Position numbers and translations under genes: made by a program. The notes below the pieces were generated by a model. That model did no database searches and was not told the origin of the DNA. It worked only from the letters and a program-made list of their open reading frames with translations. From positions 3,501,751 to 3,565,750 of the forward strand of contig OZ037773.1 of the NCBI GenBank assembly GCA_964035545.1: DNA of 64,000 nt, in the 5' to 3' direction. Origin of the DNA: Bugula neritina. Lineage: Eukaryota > Animalia > Bryozoa. Below, one piece after another: positions 1 through 24,000 of this stretch. The stretch's first letter is position 1. The number at the start of each line of letters is the position of its first letter.

Positions 1-3000
1 GCAACATCTGAAATGGGCTGTTGTAAGGAATTTTTCGCACTACAGTGGCGCTTGTGATTATTTAAACAGTTATCATTTCGGAAGGAAAGGCCACATAGAT
101 TGCAGTAAAACTTATCTAAAGAATTCGATACTTTCGAAGCACGGTAGTGCGTGTTCATGTGACCAGATACAGCGTGCCAATTTTTGAAAACCCGTTGACA
201 AATTTTGCACTTTGGAATGACTTTCATTTTGCTTTTGGAGATAATTTTGTTCCTATAACTTTTCAAAATATTTCCTTTTGGTGATTCTTTGAGTGCACCT
301 GCATGTGAATGGTAATATTGCTTATGAAAGTTCAATTGTTTTGAGTCTTGGAATAGCAATGAACACTGAGGACATTTTTGCAAGCTTTTAGACTTTGTTT
401 GCCAAAGTTTTGCCTTACTACATATTTTTACATGCCGATACAATTCTTGAAAACCAGCATAGGATATGTTACAGTAGACACATTTGGGTTTGATGTGCCA
501 CTTGGGATGATCTGGTTGCTCTTTCAACGGAATCTTCAACTTAGAAATATTGTGCACAAGCTCCATGTGGTACCATGCACCACTTCTAGATAACACCTTC
601 CCACAAAGATGACAAGGAAAAACCTTAGTGACAACTTTCGTTTCCTCTACTTGGTCACTCTCCGGTGTAGATTTAGAAATGGAACATTTTGCAGCTTGCT
701 TCTCAAGTTGACATCGCTTTACATGAAGTTTGAGAGCGTGCTGATTGGCACACCTAATATTACAAACTGAACACTGCAGATTTGAGTCTGTCTGAGCAAA
801 CCCACTTTTGTTGTGAGTCCGAATGTGACGATAAAGTTTGTTCCAACCAACAAATGCCATGTTGCACTTTGTACAATAAGGGGTAATGCTAGAACTGGCT
901 CTAGGTTTTACAATTGAAATTTTAGAATTGGTGCTGGCATCCGAAACTTTGTGAGTCCGTTTAAGGTGTCTTTGTGCAAGAGTCTTTTTTCCAAACACTC
1001 TGGTGCATAGAGAACAACGATACATTGAAGCATTTGTTCTTTTATGAATAATGTTTTTTTTACGACTTTCTACGTGGGCTGTGATGCGATTGAGATGGGA
1101 TTTACGCATATGACGCACTAAACTTGCTTTCGACATAAATGATTTCGGACACTCACCACAATTGTGTGTATTAGATGCATCATTCTTGCTTTCATCCTTA
1201 ATATCAGAACTCGGAATTTCATATGAATTATGTTCCTGTCTCATGTGGGCATAAACCCGCTTCCATGTCGAAAAATACTTTTTACAACGGTAACAAGTTG
1301 GAGAGGGTTTTTTTATTTGACTATGTGGTTTCAAAGAGTATATATTTGCAACATTCTCAAATTTGTGAATAAATGAAAAATGCTTTTTGATGTCTTTCCA
1401 ACTTTTGAATACGCGGGGGCATTTCACACAACAGTACATATTTTGAGACTTATCTCCAAGATCAGCATTTACACTTAGCTTGCAGGACTCTTTTTTCTTT
1501 CTGGCATGTCCTTTCTTCGTTTCTTTTGAAGAAGATCTAATGTCAAGTTTGCTTTCTGTCTTGACATCTCCACAGCAACGATGCACATGTTTTCTCAATG
1601 ATCTCACATGGCTAAGTTTAATGCTACAGTTGGGGCAGCCAGCAGACATCTCCAGAATTTTATGTTCAGAAAATTGTTCTTTGTGTACATTTTCGCCATG
1701 CTTCAACAGTTCACTTACACTGATAAACTTCTTTGGACACTTGAAGCAAGCAAACAAACCAAATTTTGCGGGCAATGAGAGTTTTCCATCAACTTTAAAT
1801 AAATTTGAAAGAGAACTTGTTGTTGCAGAAATATCAACATCTGCAAAACCAGTATTTTTTTCCAGTGGCTCTTCAGTGCATGTAATATAGTTGGAGGGGT
1901 TTTGCAACCTTTCTATGTCATGAGGTGACAGTCGGTCAAGTCTTACAATAGCCGAGGCATGCAATTGGTTTGATTGCTTTTCAGCTTTTGACATCAACAC
2001 ACTATTTCCTGTGGCACAATTACTGACGAGCTTCTGGGTGTAGCTTGTTACAAACAAATTATCACTACTGTCTGCAGCCATCGGTACCATTCCCTTTTCG
2101 TTTTTAATTGGTACGTGATTTGTGTCAATGTCTGCTGAATGATTGTCGACTTCAATTTCTCTAGATGTGCCATTTGAGTCTGAAGGATTCTCAACATCAA
2201 GCAATGTTTCAGAACTAACTGAGATACTATTCACATGTAAACCTGATCCTTCATCCCTCTCTGTCACTGAAAGTACAGAAATACATTGGAAACACTTTAA
2301 AACAACTAGGAAAAATCTGATTTAGCATGCCCACACCCACTTGGACATTGAAGGTAAACATTTATTAATATAGAGGCTACTCGTAAACCATTTTCTAATA
2401 GCCAATAAACTGACAAACCCAGAGCACGTTGTATATAAAACCTCGAAAACTTTGAATACTTTTTCATTGCATCATACAGAAAAATAATGACAGTGACAGG
2501 CCAGCCAGGAATAATCAATGAATTCAAATTTTATTAGCAGAACTTTGCAACTAGCAATTGCATAAAGATCATTTGCATTTTGGACAGCATTATCAATTTT
2601 CCGTTGTGAGCAGTTGAAACGGATGGCGTGCGAGCATGACATAAAATGACAATGTATGTAGTGGTCATAAGTCTACTACAAACAAAAATTCCAGTAGAAA
2701 CTCACTTTGATTGTCTAAGCTAGAGTCATTTGATGTAATTTCACTTTTTGTCTCCGGGGAAATTTGCTCAAAGAGATCTTGCTCCATAATGTCTACGATC
2801 TGATCAGAACATGAAGATTTATTGACTGCTGCTGCAAAAGATCGATCATACTTCAACTCAACACACCATTTACAGTAATCGATATTTTGCAATTTAAATT
2901 CTTTTGAAACCTACATGGACATTCAGAATTTGAACAAAAAACGCTGGTGCAGACTGTACACATTCTTTACCGTCATCATCACCATTCATTGAGCCTTTGC

Positions 3001-4107
3001 CCTCCTGATTGTCGCCCACTTGGTTTTTGCCTTCACTACCGCCATCATCACCACTCTCCGCTGAGCCTTTGCCTTCCTGATTATCACCCACTTTGCTTTT
3101 GCCTTCACCATCATTATCATAACCTATTGAGTTTTTGCCTTGTTGACCGTCATCCACGTTGCTTTTGCCTTTGTCATTATCATCTATTGGGTCTTTGTCT
3201 TGTTGATTGTCTTCCGCTGAGTCTTTGCCTTGATTGTTGTCATCTATTAAGTCATATAAATTAATTGGTTAGCTAACTTCAGTTACTATAACATAATAGG
3301 CAAGAATGGCGGGAGAAGAGAGGACTACAGTGAAAAGGACTGTAAAAAATTGCCATTTCCAAGGTAGTGATTGACCTGAGTTGACACTTGCGAAAAAGAT
3401 TTCTCTGATTGAATAGCCTTAACAAGTAATTTCACCTAATTGGGTCTACTGAAACTCCATGGCAAAAAAGACAAGACAAATCACATCTGCAGATATTAGT
3501 TCAGTATCCCAGGAAAAAATTGAAGGTATCACAACTACACACAATATATTCTAGAGCTAATTCAACCACAGATCCATGTAATATCTTTATACTTTCCAGG
3601 TTTTATACTGTATAAACTTTTTACCTAGTGTATTTACTAGGCGGTCCTTACATAATCAGGATATTTCAGGTCTATATTAAATTACACTCAGCAGCAGGGC
3701 AAACTTAAAAGCCTAAGTTTAAAACTGACCAGGACAGTTCATGTTTGTAGCATATGAAGTTTGTAGGTATTTCGCTGTTTCGCCTATTTTACTAGGTTTA
3801 ATCTCCGTATCTGCTCTATGGGGTCTTTTCTGAGGTGATTCTAGTCCTTCAATGTCCAGTGCTGCACAACAACATTGTAAAGATTTTAAATATATGAATA
3901 GCATTGAATTGCTTATTTACTTATGCCATCTTTTCAAGTTACATAATTGATTGTGCCAGAAAGAAAGGTACACGGAGGCATACTTAGATATAGAAATACA
4001 ACTTCAGGGCAGTATTGGCTTTGTTTTATTTTTTGGCATACACTAACAATGATACTCGTCTTAAATTAGTTCAGGATTATGGAAGATAACTCACGTGCTG
4101 ATGACAT
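1..4107 (-). CDS. Multi-C2H2/C2HC zinc-finger protein, 3' end beyond the window. Predicted coding exons 4095-4107, 3730-3861, 2971-3243, 2706-2831, <1-2266
   Basis: Exon 2266 to <1 is open wherever checked and encodes about 12 spaced fingers (e.g. CFKCPKKFISVSELLKHGENVH, CGECPKSFMSKASLVRHMRKSH, CHLCGKVLSRSGAWYHMELVH, CKICQRVFKNWHAVSGHMNTH). It is absent from the ORF track, consistent with having no stop inside the window. The upstream exons have GT-AG boundaries, all phase 1, starting at ATG 4107 (MSSAPLDIEG...). The 5' exons are less certain than the large exon. Confidence 0.85.
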
Positions 4108-4861
4108 TTTGTGGGACTAAAGAATTGAAATTAATCATTGCTGATTTCATTTCTTACTATTCTTTGTTGCTGCAGCACTCAGATTACTTAGTAAGCTGGC
4201 CTAAATGTTTAAAACACAGGCTACACATGCTGATAAGTGGGAAAATAAATCAAACTAACCTACTATAGATATTAGGAGTCAAAGATGGCAAAAAAGTCAT
4301 TAGCAAGTGACCTATTATTCTGAATTAATTCAAGAATATATCATTGTTGTTGTATGCACCAAAAATCGTTACAAAACCAACATGTTTACGCATACTATCT
4401 TGAAGTTGTATTTTAATTTAGCTACTAGTACTAGCCTAGAAAATTTAACACTGTGTAAATGTAAGGAGTCGACCATTTTGAATTAAAATACTTATAGTCA
4501 CACTAATACTCATATTCTTGTTAATACTGGGTATAATTATTGACAGTGCCACTCAGTGACTCACAGTGACACTAACAGTAACACTGGCAATCAGAATCAC
4601 GCTGACAGTGACTGTGAGTGTGACTTGACAGTTAATGTTATTACTAGTGTTACTACACCTGACTAGTATTAGTAATAATATTCATCTCGATCGGCAAAAA
4701 TATTACTAATATGTATATTAATGTTTTCACGAACCAACTAAAATTCAAGAACTAAGTTCTCGCATTGACAGAAACCTCAGGACTTCATTTTGGTGAGACG
4801 GGAGATCCTATCAGTATTTACATTAACATGTCTTCTATGCTGATGAAGAATTGTGTTATAA

Positions 4862-5005
4862 GCCGCTCTGTGTTGTGGGTGACTGGGTGCAGTAGCTTCA
4901 GATTCTTGATTTTGAAATAGGAGCTTTAAGTTGGGACTCAGAACCTTTCATTCGAAACTTGAGAATTGTAAACTACTGCACTCAGTCACCCTAAACTCGG
5001 AGCTG
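4862..5005. mobile_element. Small hairpin/MITE-like element, same family as 62722-62858
   Basis: Inverted arms GGGTGACTGGGTGCAGTAG (4877-4895) and CTACTGCACTCAGTCACCC (4973-4991) match 18/19, with weaker pairing inside and outside. The reverse complement aligns with 62722-62858. Confidence 0.65.
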
Positions 5006-6374
5006 TTTTTAGAATAATTCTCTTGAAATCGTCTCAATCGAAGTTGAAGGTCCTGCAACAAAGGAATAGCGTATTATTTCAGAATGATACAACTCCGCAA
5101 TCACTTGTTTACGCCTATTTTCCTACCAGCCTGTATCGCTGAATTGGAAAATTTCCCCTTCATTGGTCGACATGGCCTTCTTGTAGAATCTAGATTCTAG
5201 TACATTGTGTTTGTGCACATGGGTAATAAAATAATGCTACCGAGTAAACCTTTATTGTTATTAACCTTTCCCACCACTTTGTGCCATAGGCTAGTTCCCT
5301 GCTGCAATGTACATACAGACCAAGACCTCACAAACAAGTTAATAATAAGTTGGATGTAAATGTTTATAAACAGCACTATTCAAATTTGTTCTAGCTGTGG
5401 CAGGTTAGGATTTAAAAGCTGCATAATAATATATCAATAATATATTTATTTATAACTCAACATTTTGATTGCCAACATCTGCATTGTGATATAAGACTGT
5501 AAATGTTTTAAAGTAACCTTTAAACATTTTATACCTTTTACACATTTTACCAACATATTGCTCCATTCATTATAGTTTTCGAGTATACTTGGCTATAGCC
5601 ATTTATGGTACCAGTTACGACACCCAAATAACCCCTATAGCTCCTACAATTCATTGGTTTCTTGAATTTTAGCAACATTTTTGCCAACATATTGAGTGAT
5701 TAATATTAGCTGATATTTAAATAGCTCAGGTAACTTTGTAAGGGACGATTAGTAAGCTTATTTATTGAAAACTTATAACAAAAACAAACAAGCAGCAAAC
5801 AGTTGATAAAAAGTGCACCACTATTTCTTGAATTAGCTATCTTCCTATTTTGTATCACCTAAACTATTATTTACATAAAAATATATAATCTGTAGCAACT
5901 GACAAGTTAAAATATATGACTTTATTTATTCTATTCTTACAACAACATAAATATAAATAATGACAAAACAGCTTATTGAGTGAGTGTGAATGAGATGATA
6001 CATAAGAGGGTGTTAATACAAGTCAAGAAAATAACGAGACAGCAGCAGTGGGTGTGGAGTTTAATCTTCTGTGTAACGGTTTTCCATTGTCCAAACAGAC
6101 GCCTGACATTTCGAAATAAAGGGACAAGTAGATTATTTCCCTGAAAATCAGACAAAAAGTTTGGTTAGCAGCAAACCAAATTACATTCTTTCTATACATG
6201 TTATGAAACAAATCTCTTGTGATACCCCATCAACAAATCACGAATTATTGTCACCAAGAAGGATTTGGGTTGAAAAATGCCATTTGGTTATCATAGAGCA
6301 AGTAACAATTAAACTTCAACGTCTGCATCCTACCTGCTCAAATGCAGATTGTCAAGTAAGCATAAACTTGGCAA

Positions 6375-18935
<12,561 letters not shown>

Positions 18936-18948
18936 CTTTGCTGTGATG

Positions 18949-18956
18949 TGACGTCA
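18949..18956. promoter_or_regulatory. Palindromic CRE-like site TGACGTCA just upstream of the PP1 start codon
   Basis: Exact TGACGTCA, 13 nt upstream of the ATG at 18935. Function not shown. Confidence 0.35.
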
Positions 18957-19535
18957 GGATTTACAGCCTTCGCCAATATCCTAGTGATAGCCGGTGCGTA
19001 TATCTTTTGTGCGTTACATGAGAATGGTATTTTAACCCTTCCCAAAATCATTACATAAATAAACCCCGATAATAAAATTACGCGCAGATTGCAGGGAGAA
19101 CACAATCCTGAACTTAACCAGTAAAATTAACACACACGATGAGTGAAAATAATTTGGTTGGCAATAATAAATGGCGCACGCAAGCACACATGCACATCAC
19201 GTACACAATCAACTTTACAAAAGCTAGAATAGAATAAAATGCTGTGTCTACAATACTGCAACGTCTAGTTGTCCTTGCTTACACTTATTATAAATCATTC
19301 CATGTTGAGATGTTCGCCAGAGTCCAGTTTGATAGTGATTCGTCAGCAGCTTTTGCTATCAAAAAAACTTTTTAGCAGGAGTATGAGCTGGCACCTAAAC
19401 CCTTTGGAATATATTGTTTGTCATGTGTACTTATGGTAGCATATATTAACTTAGCAAGATGATATGGTGCCTTCTTCAGCCTAGAACTATTTTGATGTGT
19501 GTATATATTTATAGATGTGGGCCATGGTACTCTGT

Positions 19536-19582
19536 TCTGTGCTGATGAGGGGACAAATCCCGAAACAGCTGCTGTACGCAGA
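19536..19582 (+). ncRNA. Type I hammerhead ribozyme (HHR-1)
   Basis: Stem I TCTGTG/CGCAGA; core CTGATGA (19542-19548); stem II GGGG-ACAAA-TCCC; GAAA (19562-19565); stem III ACAG-CTG-CTGT; cleavage triplet GTA ending at 19576. Confidence 0.85.
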
Positions 19583-19692
19583 TTGAGATATTATGCTCTC
19601 ATTTAATGAGGAGTTTGAAGTTGAAATTTACAAATTGGAAGATATCTTAAAGCAGAATCTTTCGGGCTAATTTACCCAAACGTTACTGCACC

Positions 19693-19695
<3 letters not shown>

Positions 19696-19761
<66 letters not shown>
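19696..19761. repeat. (TA)n microsatellite
   Basis: Seen directly. Confidence 0.97.
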
Positions 19762-19767
<6 letters not shown>

Positions 19768-19841
19768 AATTGTATCGTGAGATTTTTAAAAAACAGCGAT
19801 AAAAAAGTGCTCAAATTATTATGTGTATAATAATGAGCAAT

Positions 19842-20031
19842 TATATTATTGAGGAAAAGAGCAATTTAATTATATAGATGTTGTTTTATTGTACTACTAA
19901 TAGTTTCATGCCTCTTCGGCACTCCTCAGGCACAATATTGTGCCTGAGGAGTGCCGAAGAGGCATGAAACTATTAGTAGTACAATAAAACAACATCTATA
20001 TAATTAAATTGCTCTTTTCCTCAATAATATA
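19842..20031. repeat. Perfect 190-bp spacerless palindrome, probably a Penelope-like pLTR inverted fragment
   Basis: Centre between 19936 and 19937 (cacaat|attgtg); the 95-bp arms are exact reverse complements. Each arm carries a minimal hammerhead. Confidence 0.92.
19936..19986 (+). ncRNA. Minimal type I hammerhead ribozyme (HHR-2); mirror copy at 19887-19937 on the minus strand
   Basis: Stem I TATTGTGC/GTACAATA; core CTGAGGA (19944-19950); stem II GTGCC-GAAGA-GGCAT; GAAA; short stem III ACT-ATT-AGT; GTA cleavage triplet ending at 19978. Confidence 0.78.
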
Positions 20032-21090
20032 TATATATATTATATATTTATTTATATATATATACAATACTATTATTATAAATTCGGAAATCTATTCATC
20101 TAGAGTTATTATATCTAAAATTTGTAAAATTCACAGTTTTCAAGTCATAATCATCCATTTTACTAATCCTTACTTTTTACATCATCTAGCTTTTACTGAG
20201 ACCAGCTCCATTCAAAATTATTAAATTACACATATAAGTATTGTAATGAAAATTACTTCCTTATGCATGGGACAGCAGCAATAACTTTTATAACTGGCCA
20301 CTAGAGCCAATAAGAGAATGGATACGACAAGCAGCAAGTATATAATATAACTAAAGAAACTTTGTGCAATCAAGAAATGTATATATTATGTATTTAATAC
20401 CACTCCACACAGCAATGCTACCAGCTACAGACCAAAACATCACCATTTACAAGAATATAAAGTATATATTATTCTTACATTTTAGCATCATGACCATAAA
20501 ATGTATACTATAATATTATTAATATCAACAAGTCATAGCCCAATGACAAATTTTGCAATAAAATAGAAACAAATATATATTACAGGAAAATAACTGCCTG
20601 CCCCAAAACTGCATAAGAAAGTGTACACAAAGATTTACTAATTATTATAATTATATTATGACAAGTAGAAACTTTTCAAATAAAATTAAGCTGTAAAAAT
20701 TATGAAGATAGTCAGACGCATTCCAAAGAAAGATATTAAACAAACCATGACTCTTCCTAAAACCAATATTTATAATGCAAGGCAGAATACCCCATTGTGA
20801 TAATATGTTAATAAACTAAATAGGTATATAATATAAATACTCGTCTAAATCTTGCAAATAAATGATATAAAATTTTTGTAAAATAAACCGAATCTATTTA
20901 CAGAGTGAGCTAGCTTATACAGGTGATATTTATACAAAATCATTCTCTTTTAAATAAATAAAATAAAAAAATGTTGCAGGCATAATTATATATGATATAT
21001 TAAATTTTGCAAGTAGTGTTGACTGGTATAAAACAATAAATTAAGATAATCTATATGCGCACTAGATACTTTATACCAAGATGGCCGACC

Positions 21091-24000
21091 TCAGTGGCCT
21101 GTGCTCACAGGATTCGATTCATTCGATTTGATAGTTACTAATGACTGTTGGTCTGTGCTAAGAGTTCCATTACTGAGTGTAGAACTGAGGCTAAGATTTG
21201 AGTTTGTGGATTTCCCTGTAGCCTGTTGCTGGATAGAGCTATCACATCTTTCTATACACTCCTCAAGTATTGTCTGTAACAGCGTTATCAAGTTCTCTAA
21301 ACCAATCAGATAGCCGTCTTCGTGATTTCCCCTTTGCCATGGAATGTTATGAGTAATAGAGATTCCTTCTTTTAAAGGAGTTGTCTTCCCAAAGTCTATC
21401 ATCCACACACCAGCTTTCACTCCGTCGTGTATAAAGAGAAGAGAACTTCCAATTATCTGTAACACAACAGTAATAGAGTCAATACGGGTGCAGTATTGGA
21501 GATATAGGGAAGAGCCTGTGTTCCAAGGAGAAATTTGGCTAGAGAAGTTATGTTCCCATTAGAATTTTAGTTTGAATCTCAAACCCAAATTGATAAGAAA
21601 AAATCGAAAAGATTAAGTTATTAAAATTTCCCTGCTCCTACGCCTAAATGAAAATGTAAAACTTGACAAGAAAATTTGAATTAAAAAATATTTTGGTTAT
21701 GTCTATAATTACAGCCAACAAAATGCTAAAAACAGGTTCTCTAAACAAGGGTGGAGTTTTTAAAATCTGCCACATATTTGAGATCTAAACAGTTTAGCTA
21801 TTTTGAGATTACAACATGTTTGGTAGTACCTCATGGCTGGCGAAGAATGGCGAGACTTCCAGAGTGGTTCGGAGTTGTCTTAGCCTGTGCAGGCACTGCT
21901 TCACTATGTGTATGTTGTTGGACAGAAAACCCGAGATTATTGTCTTTATAGTTAACTTGTCTTTACTAGTCTTGAAGTTAATACACGACTTGCCGTCGGA
22001 ACACTAAAACATATGACATCATCACATTTGACTGTCTAGTATAATCCAACACCTACATGTGTTTGTGAATGTACAAGCTAAGGTGAGTTATTCTACAAAC
22101 CAAAACTTCTAGCTTATGCTAAAGCACAGTTTGGGCAGAGTAGGCAACGAAGAGTGGGAAAATTAGTAATGGACATGGTATGAGTATGGATTGCTATTGA
22201 GAAGTGGTGGAACTATCTACACCCCCCCCCCCCCCCGTAACCATAACACACTTCTTTGTGACCACAATATACCCTTGTGCGACCCCATCATATTCCCATG
22301 TCACCATAATACACCCCTGTGTGACTACATCACACCCCTGCTAAACCATAGCACCTCCTACCTTGATGCCCTCGATACGGAAGCCCATAGTTGATGTAGA
22401 ACTAATGTCTTCCCTCCACTGCATGTACCTCGGTTTGCTTACTGCTCCCACCTTGTGTTCCGCCTCAGTTGGTTCAGATGGATCTATTTTCACCATTTTC
22501 TCATACATATCCTGTGGAACACGCAAACTCTCAAGTTATATAAAATGAAGTTTAGAAAAAAAGAGTAAAAGCTTCAGAAAGGCTGGCCACATGCATGTGT
22601 TCCTGAAATTAACAACTTATGTAGATTTATCAAGGAAATCCTGGAGTATTCCTTTTTACATGATATCGTGTTTGCAATGACCATTTAGTATAGCAACTGC
22701 TTTGTTTGCTGCCTAGCTTAAGGAGATTACAACTCCAAATAATATGGGGTATTGTCAGACAGCTCTAGGCATACTTAGGTTATTTATTATAATGGATGGA
22801 TTTAGAAAATAAAAAATTAGTTGGCAAAACTTATAGCATTAAACTGGGTTAAACATGAATACTTAAAATTAGTATGTGGCGCAAAAATACAGCATAATAT
22901 TATAAATACACAAAGCATTGAGTTTGACGTTGTTTGAACAATAAAGTCACTTTTAGCATATGAAATCAATTGAGCAATCTTCACCTATAAAATGAGATTA
23001 TGCATTAGCTTACAGGTGCTATTCATTGTAGATTAGAAGGGTACAAGAGATTTACAATGATTGATGACTATTAATTATTGTCATGAGTACAATCTACTAT
23101 TTGCGTCCTTTGCCTTTTCACAATTCTCCAATCAATAGCAGTTGATACTTGCAGCATTGAAATGAATGCTAAAATCTCATTGACTGAGCGCCTGCCACTG
23201 CATTGAGGAGGAGTGAAATAATTGTAAAAGTGTAACTGTAGAAAATAACTACAGAAGGTAGTTGCAGAAGATCACTGAAGAAGTGTAACAGCAGAGGAGG
23301 GAGTACTAGAGAGTGACTGCTAGACACTGAGAGTGGGATTAGTGCAGTTGAAGGTAAGGTAATGAATATTTCAACTCACTAACTTACAGAATACTCTAAG
23401 TAATTGACAGTATATAAACTCACTAACTGAGAGTACATTATATACCAATTAATAGACAGTATATAAAGGAGAGAGTTCAACATTGATTCCATTTTAATTT
23501 ATTACATTTTGCTCAGATCATGGAAACTTGTCATAAAAATCTAATATTTATTTCAAACTAAAACAATTTTTGAAAAGCTAAAATGATTTCAGTCAAACAT
23601 TACCCTTTAAAACCTTAGTCAGCCAAATCTGTGGGTACAAAACAGACTATGCAGTGCTACAATCTTTTCTCCAAGTATGAAAAATACATTAAATGGTATA
23701 AAATTGACAAAAAATATAGAATTTATAGCTTAATAAATACAACTAATAAATTAACAAAATGCACTATGCCAGCTGCTTGACAGGTGTGAAGAAATAAATA
23801 AATTTACTTTTGGCTCCTGCAGCTACTTAATTCCCAGGTACTACATGGGTCATTAAAATAATTTCTTGGTCATTGAATAAGGCCAGAGAAATGATTGACC
23901 ACTGGAGAAGTCACCTAGCTCTGTCAGTGTGACACGCCCCCTAAAACCTCCATATTGTGTGTTTAAAGTACTACTGAGAAGTGCTAATAGCCTTCTTTAA

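Noticed and set aside
378-2325. Plus-strand ORFs at 378, 1480 and 2143
   Set aside because: Antisense shadows of the zinc-finger exon.
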